The translations under genes were made by a program, and so were the position numbers. Source: Nitrospirota bacterium (GTDB taxonomy: Bacteria; Nitrospirota; Thermodesulfovibrionia; Thermodesulfovibrionales; Dissulfurispiraceae). From it: DNA of 64,000 nt. Location: assembly GCA_963790025.1 (NCBI GenBank), contig CAWBMP010000004.1, positions 224,001 through 288,000 of the forward strand, given 5' to 3'. Numbering within the stretch: the first letter of the stretch is position 1; each line of letters opens with the position of its first letter. The notes under the pieces are model-generated. The model saw only the letters and a list, made by a program, of their open reading frames with translations, was not told where the DNA came from and did no database searches. This document shows, one piece after another, positions 39,659 to 49,017 of the stretch.

Positions 39659-41248
39659 ATGCTGACCCGGGCCGTAGTGATCTTATCTATCCTGTTGACC
39701 GCTTTCAGTTCCTTTGCCGCTGACGATAACAAATATGCAATCCCACACTTTGAGATCAGGGAATACATTGTCGAAGGCAGCACTCTTATTTCCAAAGACA
39801 AACTTAAGGCCATCCTTCAGCCGTTTACCGGCAAAGACAAGGATTTTGGGACTGTGCAGCAAGCCATTGAAGCGGTTGAACAGGCTTACCATGACCTCGG
39901 CTTTACGACAGTGACGGCAGTATTGCCTGAACAGGAACTGGAAAACGGCACAGTCCGGATCAGAGTAATCGAAGGCCGCATAGGGCGCATCAAAATAGAA
40001 GGGAACAAGTACTTCGATGAGGCCAATATTCGGAACAGCCTGCAGCCGCTGCTTGAGGGTGAACCACCGAACATCGCTGCCGTATCCAAAAGACTGGCCC
40101 TTGCCAACGAAAACCCCGCGAAGAAGGTCGCTATGCAGTTGAAGAACACTGATAAAGAAGACGAACTTGACGCGATAATTCCCGTGAAAGACGAAAGGCC
40201 CTGGAAAGTGGGCATCTCGTCGGACAACACAGGAACCAGGCAAACCGGCGAGACGCGAAGCGGAGTTATCTTCCAGCATGCCAACTTGTTCAATATGGAC
40301 CATGTCATGACTCTGCAATATACCACGTCCCTTGAGAAGGTCAGCGATGTCAAGATATATGGCCTGGGGTACCATGTGCCTATCTATTCGCTGGCTTCAT
40401 CCGTTGACCTGCTAGCGGCTTATTCAGATGTAAATTCAGGCACCATATCAGTCGGATCACTGCCGCTACAGGTGAGCGGAAAGGGTACAGTCCTCGGACT
40501 GCATTATAATCAGAACCTTGCAAGGATAGGGAGCTACGAACACAAGCTTACACTAGGCCTGGACTACCGGGCGTATGAAAGCAATGTAAGCTCAGAGGGG
40601 TTTCCGCTCGGCAACAAGGTAACTGTCCATCCTCTGAGCCTGACATACAGCGGAACATTCACAATGGAAAAGGGCACTTTGGGTTTTTATCTGACCGGCA
40701 TGCGGAATCTGCCCGGCCAATGGGATGCTAATGACGACAAGGCGAGCTTTGGTGCGGCGCGCAACGAAGCTCCGAGAGAGTATATGATGGGCCGCTTTGG
40801 GGCGAATCTGTCGTATATGCCATATGGCGACTGGCAGGCGCGGCTGGTTGGCAACGCACAATATACAGAGGACCCGCTTGTTCCGGGAGAGCAGTTTGGG
40901 ATCGGGGGGGCAACATCTGTCAGAGGTTTTCCTGACAGGGACATCAGCAATGACAAGGGATTTTCAGGGAGCCTGGAGATATATAGCCCGGACCTCTGCA
41001 AGATTGCCGGGTCCGAAAGTTTTCAGTGCCGTTCACTGGCATTCTATGACATGGGATACGCTTCCCGCAATAATCCGCTGCCCGGGGAAGTACACAGCAA
41101 CACAATTGCGAGTGTCGGGCCCGGCATACGGATAACCGATGGCAAGCACCTGACGTTATCGACCGATTATGGTTTTGTGGTAAAAGGCGGAGGCGACAGG
41201 ACGAACGGAGGGGGACGGTGGCATTTTGCAGCGACTCTAATGTATTAA
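39659..41248 (+). CDS. TpsB outer-membrane transporter (ShlB/FhaC/HecB family)
   Basis: Signal peptide, two POTRA domains (LPEQELENGTVRIRVIEG), barrel with IGGATSVRGF and an aromatic terminal residue. Confidence 0.93.
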   Translation: MLTRAVVILSILLTAFSSFAADDNKYAIPHFEIREYIVEGSTLISKDKLKAILQPFTGKDKDFGTVQQAIEAVEQAYHDLGFTTVTAVLPEQELENGTVRIRVIEGRIGRIKIEGNKYFDEANIRNSLQPLLEGEPPNIAAVSKRLALANENPAKKVAMQLKNTDKEDELDAIIPVKDERPWKVGISSDNTGTRQTGETRSGVIFQHANLFNMDHVMTLQYTTSLEKVSDVKIYGLGYHVPIYSLASSVDLLAAYSDVNSGTISVGSLPLQVSGKGTVLGLHYNQNLARIGSYEHKLTLGLDYRAYESNVSSEGFPLGNKVTVHPLSLTYSGTFTMEKGTLGFYLTGMRNLPGQWDANDDKASFGAARNEAPREYMMGRFGANLSYMPYGDWQARLVGNAQYTEDPLVPGEQFGIGGATSVRGFPDRDISNDKGFSGSLEIYSPDLCKIAGSESFQCRSLAFYDMGYASRNNPLPGEVHSNTIASVGPGIRITDGKHLTLSTDYGFVVKGGGDRTNGGGRWHFAATLMY

Positions 41249-41329
41249 TGCGTTATATTGAACCGCATAACAGGCCAGACACCATCACAGGCCTTTTTTG
41301 CGAGTAATCATTTCAGGAGGAATTGTGGG

Positions 41330-42196
41330 ATGAGGCAGGACGCAGGCAATGAACGGGTAGAGCGGCTGTCGGTCCGTGTAAGTCACGAGGAATTTGAAAT
41401 GATCAGGGATAATGCTGCATTATACGGCCTGCCCGTAGCAACGTTTATAAGAGCAGCAGGTATAGGAGAGCTGCCGAAGAAGAAAAAATCGGAATGCGGA
41501 ATAAATCGTCCCGTCAAGAGTACTGTGGAGCTTCTCAGGAATTTCAGCCTTTTCGCCGGCCTTGACGAGGAAGAACTTCTGAAGACTCTGCACTGTATCA
41601 CAGTAGAAAAATTCAAGAAGAACGATATTATTCTCGTAGAGGGGGACTCGAATCGTTTCATGTACTATATCCTCACTGGCAGAGTAAAAGTTTTACAGGT
41701 CAGCGAAGAGGGAAAGGAACTCATTCTTGCTATGCATAGTGCCGGTGATTTTTTCGGAGAGATGTCCCTGATCGACGGCAGTACGGCATGCGCCACAGTG
41801 GCTGCAGCTGATCATTGCACAATTGCACTCATCTCGAAAGCAAATTTCTTTTCCTTGATTTATACTCAAAAAAAGATCCTACGCAATGTTCTCCAGACCT
41901 TCTGTCGCCGGATACGCGCCTCGAACAGGACAGTAGCAATGATGACCCAAATGAGCGCGGCCCATCGTGTACGAATGCTTTTGCTCATGCTTTCCGAAAA
42001 GCACGGGAAAATGCTGGACGACACTGTTGTGCTGTCGATCCTTGTAACCCATCAGGATATCGCCGATATGACGAGCCTTACACGCCAGACAGTAACAAAG
42101 ATCATGAACGAACTGAAAGAGGAAGGCGTAATTACAGTGCAGGAAAACAAGCAAATAAGGCTGAATAAATCTTTCTTCATCGTGGGCGCCGGTTAA
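41330..42196 (+). CDS. Crp/Fnr family regulator with N-terminal MobC-like ribbon-helix-helix extension
   Basis: N-terminal RLSVRVSHEEFEMIRDNAALYGLPVATFIRAA, cNMP fold GDFFGEMSLIDG and HTH THQDIADMTSLTRQTVTKIM. AGGAGG RBS. Confidence 0.9.
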   Translation: MRQDAGNERVERLSVRVSHEEFEMIRDNAALYGLPVATFIRAAGIGELPKKKKSECGINRPVKSTVELLRNFSLFAGLDEEELLKTLHCITVEKFKKNDIILVEGDSNRFMYYILTGRVKVLQVSEEGKELILAMHSAGDFFGEMSLIDGSTACATVAAADHCTIALISKANFFSLIYTQKKILRNVLQTFCRRIRASNRTVAMMTQMSAAHRVRMLLLMLSEKHGKMLDDTVVLSILVTHQDIADMTSLTRQTVTKIMNELKEEGVITVQENKQIRLNKSFFIVGAG

Positions 42197-42239
42197 TGTA
42201 ATACTGCTTACACACTTTTTTTTACGGCCGGCATATAAT
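42197..42239 (+). promoter_or_regulatory. Class II Crp-family-activated promoter of tpsA1
   Basis: TGTAA-TACTGC-TTACA (42197-42212) and TATAAT (42234-42239); GTA-N8-TAC-N22-TAN3T geometry. Confidence 0.7.
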
Positions 42240-42359
42240 AATGGAAGCTAGGCCGCAGGACTTGACCTTAGTGTGGCTAAACGATGCCTTTTAATACAGA
42301 CATGGTATATAATTAGCGACCAGGGAAACAATGTAGCATCAAGTCGAGGGGGAGCAGTT

Positions 42360-45300
42360 ATGTCAGGACCGCTTCAAAGATATGCGGTTATTTTTGTCCT
42401 TCTCGTATTCAGTACAAACGTCGCCTTTGCCCTTCCCTCCGGGCCGCAGATTGCAAACGGGCAGGTCAGCTTCAACACCCTGGGCAATAATCTTACTGTC
42501 ACCAACAGCCCCAATTCGATAATCAACTGGCTGAGCTTTTCGATTGGCGGCAATGAGGCGGTGCGCTTTATACAGCAAAACAGCGCAAGCGCTGTCCTGA
42601 ACCGCATCACCGGGCAGTCTCCTTCGCAGATATTCGGTCTTCTGCAGTCCAACGGAAGAGTTTTCCTTGTCAACCCAAACGGCATACTCTTCGGTCAGGG
42701 CTCACAGATCAACGTGGCAGGGCTGGTCGCATCCACCCTGAACATCAACGATCAGGACTTCCTGGCAGGGAAGTATAACTTTACCGCAGGCGCTGTCGCC
42801 GGGAGCATCCAGCACCAGGGGACCATAACGACACCCTCCGGCGGCTCGGTATACCTGATAGCGCCCAACATAGAGAACAGCGGAATAATCACATCTCCTC
42901 AGGGCACAGTGCTGCTGGCAGCGGGGCACAGCGTGCAACTGGTGGATTCATCCAATCCTGACATAGCAGTTGTAGTGAGTTCTCCAACCGATCAGGCTGT
43001 GAACCTTGGGCAGATAATAGCGCAGAGCGGGACAGTGGGGATATACGGGGCTCTCATATCGCAGAAAGGGCTGGTGAGCGCAGACAGCGCGACAGTGGGG
43101 GCCAACGGCAAGATAATATTCAAGGCAAGCAAAAGTGTAACACTCGATGAAGGCAGCGTAACCAGCGCACAAGGCGGGGGGACCATCAGCGTTCTTGCAG
43201 ATATGCAGAATGGGACAGTGAATGTAGCGGGCACGCTTGATGCTTCAGCGCCGAATGGCGGCAATGGGGGTTTCATAGAGACCTCTGCGGCGAGTGTGAA
43301 GATAGCGGATACAGCCTATGTAACCACACTTGCGCCATACGGCAAGACAGGGACGTGGCTGATCGACCCGCCTGATTTCACTATTGACGCAAACCCGACA
43401 GTCGGAGATATCTCAGGTGCTGCTCTGGGCCAGGAACTTGATCTAACCAGCATTATCATACATAGCGCTGACGGCCTGAAAAACACAAGCGGCAACGGGG
43501 ACATTTTCGTCAATGACAGCATCTCCTGGAGCCACCCCACCACGCTCAGCCTGCTGGCAGACAGAAACATAAATATCAATCAAGCTATACAGGGCTCTAA
43601 CAGCGGTTCTGGAGTCGTACTTACCGCTTCCACCGGCTCCATCAGCGGCACAGGTGTCATAACTGCAGGCAGTCTCACAGCTAATGCAGCGACCGGAATT
43701 GGCAACAGTCAGGCACTGAACACAAAGGTCTCTACCCTGAGTGTCAGCAATTCCACTTCAGGGGACATCAACATTTCTAATAACGCAAGCGGCGGCATTC
43801 TTTACGTCAGCGGCACTAACTCTGCTTCGGGCGGGGACTTCAAAGTTGCAGAGAACTCCGGCTATATCTATGCCTACTCTATTACCGCCGGGAGGGATAT
43901 CACTCTGTCTAACAATACCGGATGGATTGAAACTGCCGGCACTATAACATCCGGGAGGGATATCACTCTGACCGACACCGGAAACAGTATTTACATTTGC
44001 GGCAATACTGTCAGCGCAATACGTAATATCAATTTGACCGCTGACTATATCGAAATATGTTCAAACGTAACGGCAAGCGGAGACTTGTCAGCTGTCACCC
44101 TAAACGGCGGTCTTGGTTTCTATAACGGGGGAAGCATCGACCTGACCGGTTCCGCTCCAACGCTCTCCATTAACAGCAAACCCTATACAGTTATTAACAG
44201 TCACAACTATTCGACTCTGCCGAATATAATTAACGTAAACCCGGCATCATACTATGCCCTCGGGCAAAATATGGACGCTTCGACATGGAGTTCGGGAATA
44301 AGCAGTTTCTCAGGTGTCTTTGAAGGCCTGGGACATACCATCAGCAATCTCAATATAAACAAAACCGGGGACTCTAATTACATCGGCCTGTTCGGAAACA
44401 ACAGCGGGACAATTCAGAATGTCGGGTTGACAAATGTGAATATAAATGTCACGGGCAACAGCAATTACGTGGGCGGACTGGTAGGGTATAACAGTGGAAC
44501 TGTCAGTAATGCATTCGTCACAGGTCAGTCTACCGGTTCAGCCATTACAGTAACCGGCAATAACAATTTTGTCGGTGGACTGGTAGGTTACAACTCCACC
44601 GCCGGCACTATCAACAATAATTCTTATAACTCCGGCTGTGTGACGGTACTGGGAGATAACAACAAAGTGGGAGGGTTGGCCGGGTCTAACATGGGAAGCA
44701 TCGACAGTTCCGGTAACACGGGCGGAATGTCCGTAACCGGCACTTCATCCGATGGCAATTTTGTCGGAGGTCTGGTCGGATACAACGATAGCGGCGGCGG
44801 TATTTGCTGGTCTTATAATAGCGGCGGGATAAATGTCAATGGGCAAGGCAATACTAATACCGTCGGAGGACTGGTTGGTGCCAACCAGTCCGGAAATACA
44901 ATCACCGGCAGCTATAACTCCGGACCGGTCGCGGCATACGGAAATAATAGTATCATAGGCGGCCTGGTAGGACAGAACAGCGGCAACATCACTTCTTCTT
45001 ATAACACCGCTACCGTGACCGAACACGGAGACACCGGCAAAACAGGCGGGCTGGCAGGATATAACAATGCAGGCACTATCGACAGTTCATACAACAACGG
45101 GGATGTGGCCGTAACAAGCAATTTATCGGACGGCAATGCGGTCGGAGGTCTCGTGGGATATAGTGACGGGACCATCCGGAATGCTTCCTACAACAGCGGT
45201 GCTGTGAGCGTCACGGGGATGGACTCCATAAATTACAATTATGTCGGCGGACTTGTAGGGCAAAACGCCGGCAGTATCGATTCAACATACAACAACGGCA

Positions 45301-48300
45301 TTGTGACTACAAGTGGCGATTATAACAAAGTCGGAGGATTGGTGGGCTCGAATGGCTCGAATGTCCCGGGCAACGCCGCAATAACTAATTCTTACAATAC
45401 AGGCACTGTAAACGACAGCAACGGCAGCAACAATTTAGTCGGTGGGCTTGTAGGATATAACTGTTTCGGGAACAGCATAAGCTATTCATACAGCAGCGGG
45501 CTTGTGAGCGGGACCAGCGCCTCCGGCACCCAAAAAGGCGGCATGGTCGGGCAGAATGACGGCACGATCACCAGCAGTTACTGGGATATGTATACTTCAG
45601 GCCTGACAAGCGGCGTAGGCTTGGACAATAACAGTGGGGCTACCACTTTGACCGGCCTGAGCAGTCAGTCCGGCAGCGCATTTGTGCAGAACAATTACGC
45701 GGGTTTTGATTTTACCAGCGGTTCTCCTGTTTGGTATATGGTCCCGGGATCTACAAGGCCTTTTCTTACCTCCGAATACAGCACTACCATAAGTAATGCG
45801 CACCAGCTGCAGTTAATCGGCATGAACGCTACCACCTTGAGTGCTAGTTACACACTCGCCAAAAATATCGACATGAACGAGCTGAAGAATTCATCGGGAA
45901 TGTGGAATTCTTCCTACAATTCGAGTACCCAAACATGGTCGGGAACAGGCTTTGTACCTGTTGGCAGCAATGCTAACACGGCATTTACCGGCAGCTTTTA
46001 CGGAAACGGTTATTTTATCGACGGGCTGTATATCAACACTACGGCTAATAATGTCGGCCTGTTCGGATATTCCAGCGGATACATTTATAATGTCCCTCTG
46101 AAAGATGTGAACATAAATGGCGGCAGCGGTAGTTACATTGGCGCCCTGGTGGGACATAACACCGGCAGCATCTACTATTCCTACAGCACAGGCACGGTAA
46201 GCACCAACGGTAGTTGCAGCGGTGGCGGCACCGTAGGCGGACTGGTCGGATATAATGACAGCAGTGGCACTATCACCAATTCATACAGCTCGACTAATGT
46301 AAGCACCATCAATAGCGGCGGTAGCGACAGCGTAGGCGGGCTGGTTGGTTCTAACTATGGCAGCATCGACTATTATTCCTACAGCACAGGCACGGTAACC
46401 ACCAACGGCAGCAACGGCAGAGACAGCGTAGGCGGCCTGGTTGGATATAATGACAGCAGGGGCACTATCACCAATTCATACAGTTCGGCCAATGTGAGCG
46501 CCAACAGCAGCCTGGGTGGTGACAGCGTCGGCGGCCTGGTGGGGTCTAACTATGGCAGCATCGGATATTATTCTTACAGCACAGGCACGGTAAACACCAA
46601 CGGCAGCAACGGCAGAGACAGCGTAGGCGGACTGGTCGGATATAATGACAGCAGGGGCACTATCACCAATTCCTACAGCTCGGCCAATGTGAGCGCCAAC
46701 AGCAGCCTGGGTGGTGACAGCGTAGGTGGACTGGTTGGGTCTAACTATGGCAGTGGCAGCAATGGCATCAGCAATTCTTACAGCACAGGCACGGTAACCA
46801 CCAACGGCAGCCTGGACAGCAACAGCGGCAACGCCAACAACACCAACCACAATAATAACGGTAACGACAATGTAGGCGGCCTTGTCGGATATAATTTTGG
46901 CAGCATCAACAATTCATACAGCTCGGCTGTAGTAAGCACAAACTACAGTTCTTGTCTCGACAGCGTAGGCGGACTGGTGGGATTTAATGACATCATTGGC
47001 TCTATCACCACTTCCTACAGCTCGGGTTCTGTAACCACCACTAACAGCAGCGGTGGCGAGAGTGTTGGCGGCTTGGTGGGGTCTAACTATGGCAGTGGCA
47101 GCAATGGCATCATCAATTCCTACAGCACAAGCATAGTAAGCATCAACGGCAGCTCAGACAGCGGCTACAGGAACGTCAACAACAGCAACAACAATAACAA
47201 CGGTAACGACAATATAGGCGGCCTGGCGGGATATAACAATGGCAGCATCAACAATTCATACAGCATTGGCTCAGTAAGCACCAACGGCAGCAACGGCGGA
47301 GACAGCATAGGCGGTCTGGTGGGATTTAATGACATCAGTGGCTCTATCACCACTTCCTTCAGCACGGCTAATGTAAGCACCATTAATAGCGGCGGTGGCG
47401 ACAGCGTAGGCGGACTGGTGGGGTCTAACTATGGCGGTGGCAGCAATGGCATCAGCAATTCTTACAGCACAGGCACGGTAACCGACAACAGCAGCGGCTC
47501 ATACGGCGTCAACCCCAACACTCCTTTAGCTAATTCCGGCAACGACTATGTAGGCGGATTGGCTGGATATAATAATGGCAACATCAACAATTCATACAGC
47601 ATTGGCTCAGTAAGCAGCAACGGCGGAGACAGCATAGGCGGTCTGGTGGGATCAAATAGCGGCAACATCGCCAACAGTTACTGGGATGCCACAATTAATC
47701 AAGGCCTGGATAACGGAATCGGCACGCCTCTGACCACGAATCAAATGATGAGTTACAACACTTTTCAAAATGTATGGAGCATTTCACAAAGTGGGACAAC
47801 AACACCTTCAGGGAATACACCATGGGTGATTTACGATGGTCTGACCTACCCGCTCTTAAAAAGTTTTCTGACTCCTTTGACAATTACCGCAAGTAGTATT
47901 ACGAAAACTTACGATGGCACACCATATTCCGGCGGCAATGGCGTCACATACTCTGTGCCGAATGCGTATAACTACCTTCAGGGAACTCTTGGCTATACAG
48001 GGACCGCCCAAGGGGCAATCGATCCCAATCCTACTTATACTATCATTCCTACCGGACTTTACTCGAACAACCAGCAGGGATACGATATCACTTATGTTCA
48101 AGGCACATTAACCATCACTGGCGGTACAACAACAACTGCGACTACTACAACTACTACTCAAGGTAGTACAACAACTGCGACTGATACAACAACGACTAAT
48201 ACGACTACGTCGCCCGCGACCACTGCCTTATCAACTCAAGGTAGTACAACAACTGCGACCACTACAACGCCTGCTCAAACTGCTGCAACAACTGCTTCGA

Positions 48301-48806
48301 CAGAGGCCAACACAACTGTCGTGAACTCGACCCAAACAGCCACGACGACAACCACTGTTACGCCTTCATTGCCTACAACAAGCAATCAGAACATTACAGC
48401 GTCTTTAGTTGATACATCAGCGCCTTCAACAACAGCTACATTATCTTCAGCAGACACAGCGAGTGCCTTTAATACGACAGTCTCTTCGGGGTCTTCTTTG
48501 AGTGGTCCACAGGGATACGGATATTCTTCGCCAACTGATCCGACAGTTCTGGCGACGTTCTCCGGGAAGGACGGTGCAGCAACGGCCTCGACAGGCTCTT
48601 TTGGGTTCGCCTACACAGGGCCATCAGCCGCAGAGATAGCTATATTCTCAGGAACAAGAGGTGGCACACAGGGATCTTCTTCGACAACGTCGTCGTCCGG
48701 AAGCGGAGCTGCGGGAAGTTCGGGAGGACGCTCAGGGAAACATGATACAGGAAGCACAGCAAGTGACAAGGGCAATCAGAAACCCAAGAAAACTTTTTGT
48801 AATTAG
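42360..48806 (+). CDS. TpsA filamentous-haemagglutinin-family exoprotein with GLUG repeats, MBG domain and Thr-rich tail (2148 aa)
   Basis: Signal peptide, TPS domain (IINWLSFSIG, LNRITG, NPNGI, GGFIETS, WLIDP), many VGGLVGYN repeats, TKTYDG..GYDITYVQGTLTI; ends KTFCN. Confidence 0.93.
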   Translation: MSGPLQRYAVIFVLLVFSTNVAFALPSGPQIANGQVSFNTLGNNLTVTNSPNSIINWLSFSIGGNEAVRFIQQNSASAVLNRITGQSPSQIFGLLQSNGRVFLVNPNGILFGQGSQINVAGLVASTLNINDQDFLAGKYNFTAGAVAGSIQHQGTITTPSGGSVYLIAPNIENSGIITSPQGTVLLAAGHSVQLVDSSNPDIAVVVSSPTDQAVNLGQIIAQSGTVGIYGALISQKGLVSADSATVGANGKIIFKASKSVTLDEGSVTSAQGGGTISVLADMQNGTVNVAGTLDASAPNGGNGGFIETSAASVKIADTAYVTTLAPYGKTGTWLIDPPDFTIDANPTVGDISGAALGQELDLTSIIIHSADGLKNTSGNGDIFVNDSISWSHPTTLSLLADRNININQAIQGSNSGSGVVLTASTGSISGTGVITAGSLTANAATGIGNSQALNTKVSTLSVSNSTSGDINISNNASGGILYVSGTNSASGGDFKVAENSGYIYAYSITAGRDITLSNNTGWIETAGTITSGRDITLTDTGNSIYICGNTVSAIRNINLTADYIEICSNVTASGDLSAVTLNGGLGFYNGGSIDLTGSAPTLSINSKPYTVINSHNYSTLPNIINVNPASYYALGQNMDASTWSSGISSFSGVFEGLGHTISNLNINKTGDSNYIGLFGNNSGTIQNVGLTNVNINVTGNSNYVGGLVGYNSGTVSNAFVTGQSTGSAITVTGNNNFVGGLVGYNSTAGTINNNSYNSGCVTVLGDNNKVGGLAGSNMGSIDSSGNTGGMSVTGTSSDGNFVGGLVGYNDSGGGICWSYNSGGINVNGQGNTNTVGGLVGANQSGNTITGSYNSGPVAAYGNNSIIGGLVGQNSGNITSSYNTATVTEHGDTGKTGGLAGYNNAGTIDSSYNNGDVAVTSNLSDGNAVGGLVGYSDGTIRNASYNSGAVSVTGMDSINYNYVGGLVGQNAGSIDSTYNNGIVTTSGDYNKVGGLVGSNGSNVPGNAAITNSYNTGTVNDSNGSNNLVGGLVGYNCFGNSISYSYSSGLVSGTSASGTQKGGMVGQNDGTITSSYWDMYTSGLTSGVGLDNNSGATTLTGLSSQSGSAFVQNNYAGFDFTSGSPVWYMVPGSTRPFLTSEYSTTISNAHQLQLIGMNATTLSASYTLAKNIDMNELKNSSGMWNSSYNSSTQTWSGTGFVPVGSNANTAFTGSFYGNGYFIDGLYINTTANNVGLFGYSSGYIYNVPLKDVNINGGSGSYIGALVGHNTGSIYYSYSTGTVSTNGSCSGGGTVGGLVGYNDSSGTITNSYSSTNVSTINSGGSDSVGGLVGSNYGSIDYYSYSTGTVTTNGSNGRDSVGGLVGYNDSRGTITNSYSSANVSANSSLGGDSVGGLVGSNYGSIGYYSYSTGTVNTNGSNGRDSVGGLVGYNDSRGTITNSYSSANVSANSSLGGDSVGGLVGSNYGSGSNGISNSYSTGTVTTNGSLDSNSGNANNTNHNNNGNDNVGGLVGYNFGSINNSYSSAVVSTNYSSCLDSVGGLVGFNDIIGSITTSYSSGSVTTTNSSGGESVGGLVGSNYGSGSNGIINSYSTSIVSINGSSDSGYRNVNNSNNNNNGNDNIGGLAGYNNGSINNSYSIGSVSTNGSNGGDSIGGLVGFNDISGSITTSFSTANVSTINSGGGDSVGGLVGSNYGGGSNGISNSYSTGTVTDNSSGSYGVNPNTPLANSGNDYVGGLAGYNNGNINNSYSIGSVSSNGGDSIGGLVGSNSGNIANSYWDATINQGLDNGIGTPLTTNQMMSYNTFQNVWSISQSGTTTPSGNTPWVIYDGLTYPLLKSFLTPLTITASSITKTYDGTPYSGGNGVTYSVPNAYNYLQGTLGYTGTAQGAIDPNPTYTIIPTGLYSNNQQGYDITYVQGTLTITGGTTTTATTTTTTQGSTTTATDTTTTNTTTSPATTALSTQGSTTTATTTTPAQTAATTASTEANTTVVNSTQTATTTTTVTPSLPTTSNQNITASLVDTSAPSTTATLSSADTASAFNTTVSSGSSLSGPQGYGYSSPTDPTVLATFSGKDGAATASTGSFGFAYTGPSAAEIAIFSGTRGGTQGSSSTTSSSGSGAAGSSGGRSGKHDTGSTASDKGNQKPKKTFCN
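46182..46770 (+). repeat. Intragenic tandem repeats of 195-198 bp (double-GLUG units)
   Basis: Units start TACAGCACAGGCACGGTAA at 46182, 46380 and 46575; units 2 and 3 are nearly identical. Confidence 0.85.
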
Positions 48807-48871
48807 CCTCCCGCCAGGAAAACAAGCATATAAGGCTGAATAAATCTTTCTTTACAATGGGTGCCGTTTAA

Positions 48872-48914
48872 TGTAATCCTGCTTACACACCCTTTTTTAC
48901 GGCTGGCATAAAAT
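48872..48914 (+). promoter_or_regulatory. Class II Crp-family-activated promoter of tpsA2
   Basis: TGTAA-TCCTGC-TTACA (48872-48887) and TAAAAT (48909-48914), same spacing as copy 1. Confidence 0.7.
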
Positions 48915-49017
48915 AATGTCAGATAGGCCGCAGGACATGACCTGGGCAAGGGGAAGTTGGCATGGTATATAATAGGAACCAGGGAAACAATATAGCATCA
49001 AGTCGAGGGGGGGAGTT

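Larger units (their letters stand above)
42140..48811 (+). repeat. Tandem duplication unit 1 (crp 3' end, promoter, tpsA1, fecR 5' remnant)
   Basis: The first ~1.2 kb and last ~80 bp align by eye to 48815..51944. Confidence 0.85.

Noticed and set aside
46180..47700. Regular repeats as a possible CRISPR array
   Set aside because: They are in-frame coding GLUG repeats with no unique spacers, and no cas genes are present.
48695..48720. GAAG in the tpsA1 tail as a LapG cleavage site
   Set aside because: It lies in low-complexity sequence, is absent from tpsA2, and no lapG/lapD is in the window.
48661..48843. 60-aa ORF after tpsA1 as a real gene
   Set aside because: It is the fecR 5' remnant running across the duplication junction.
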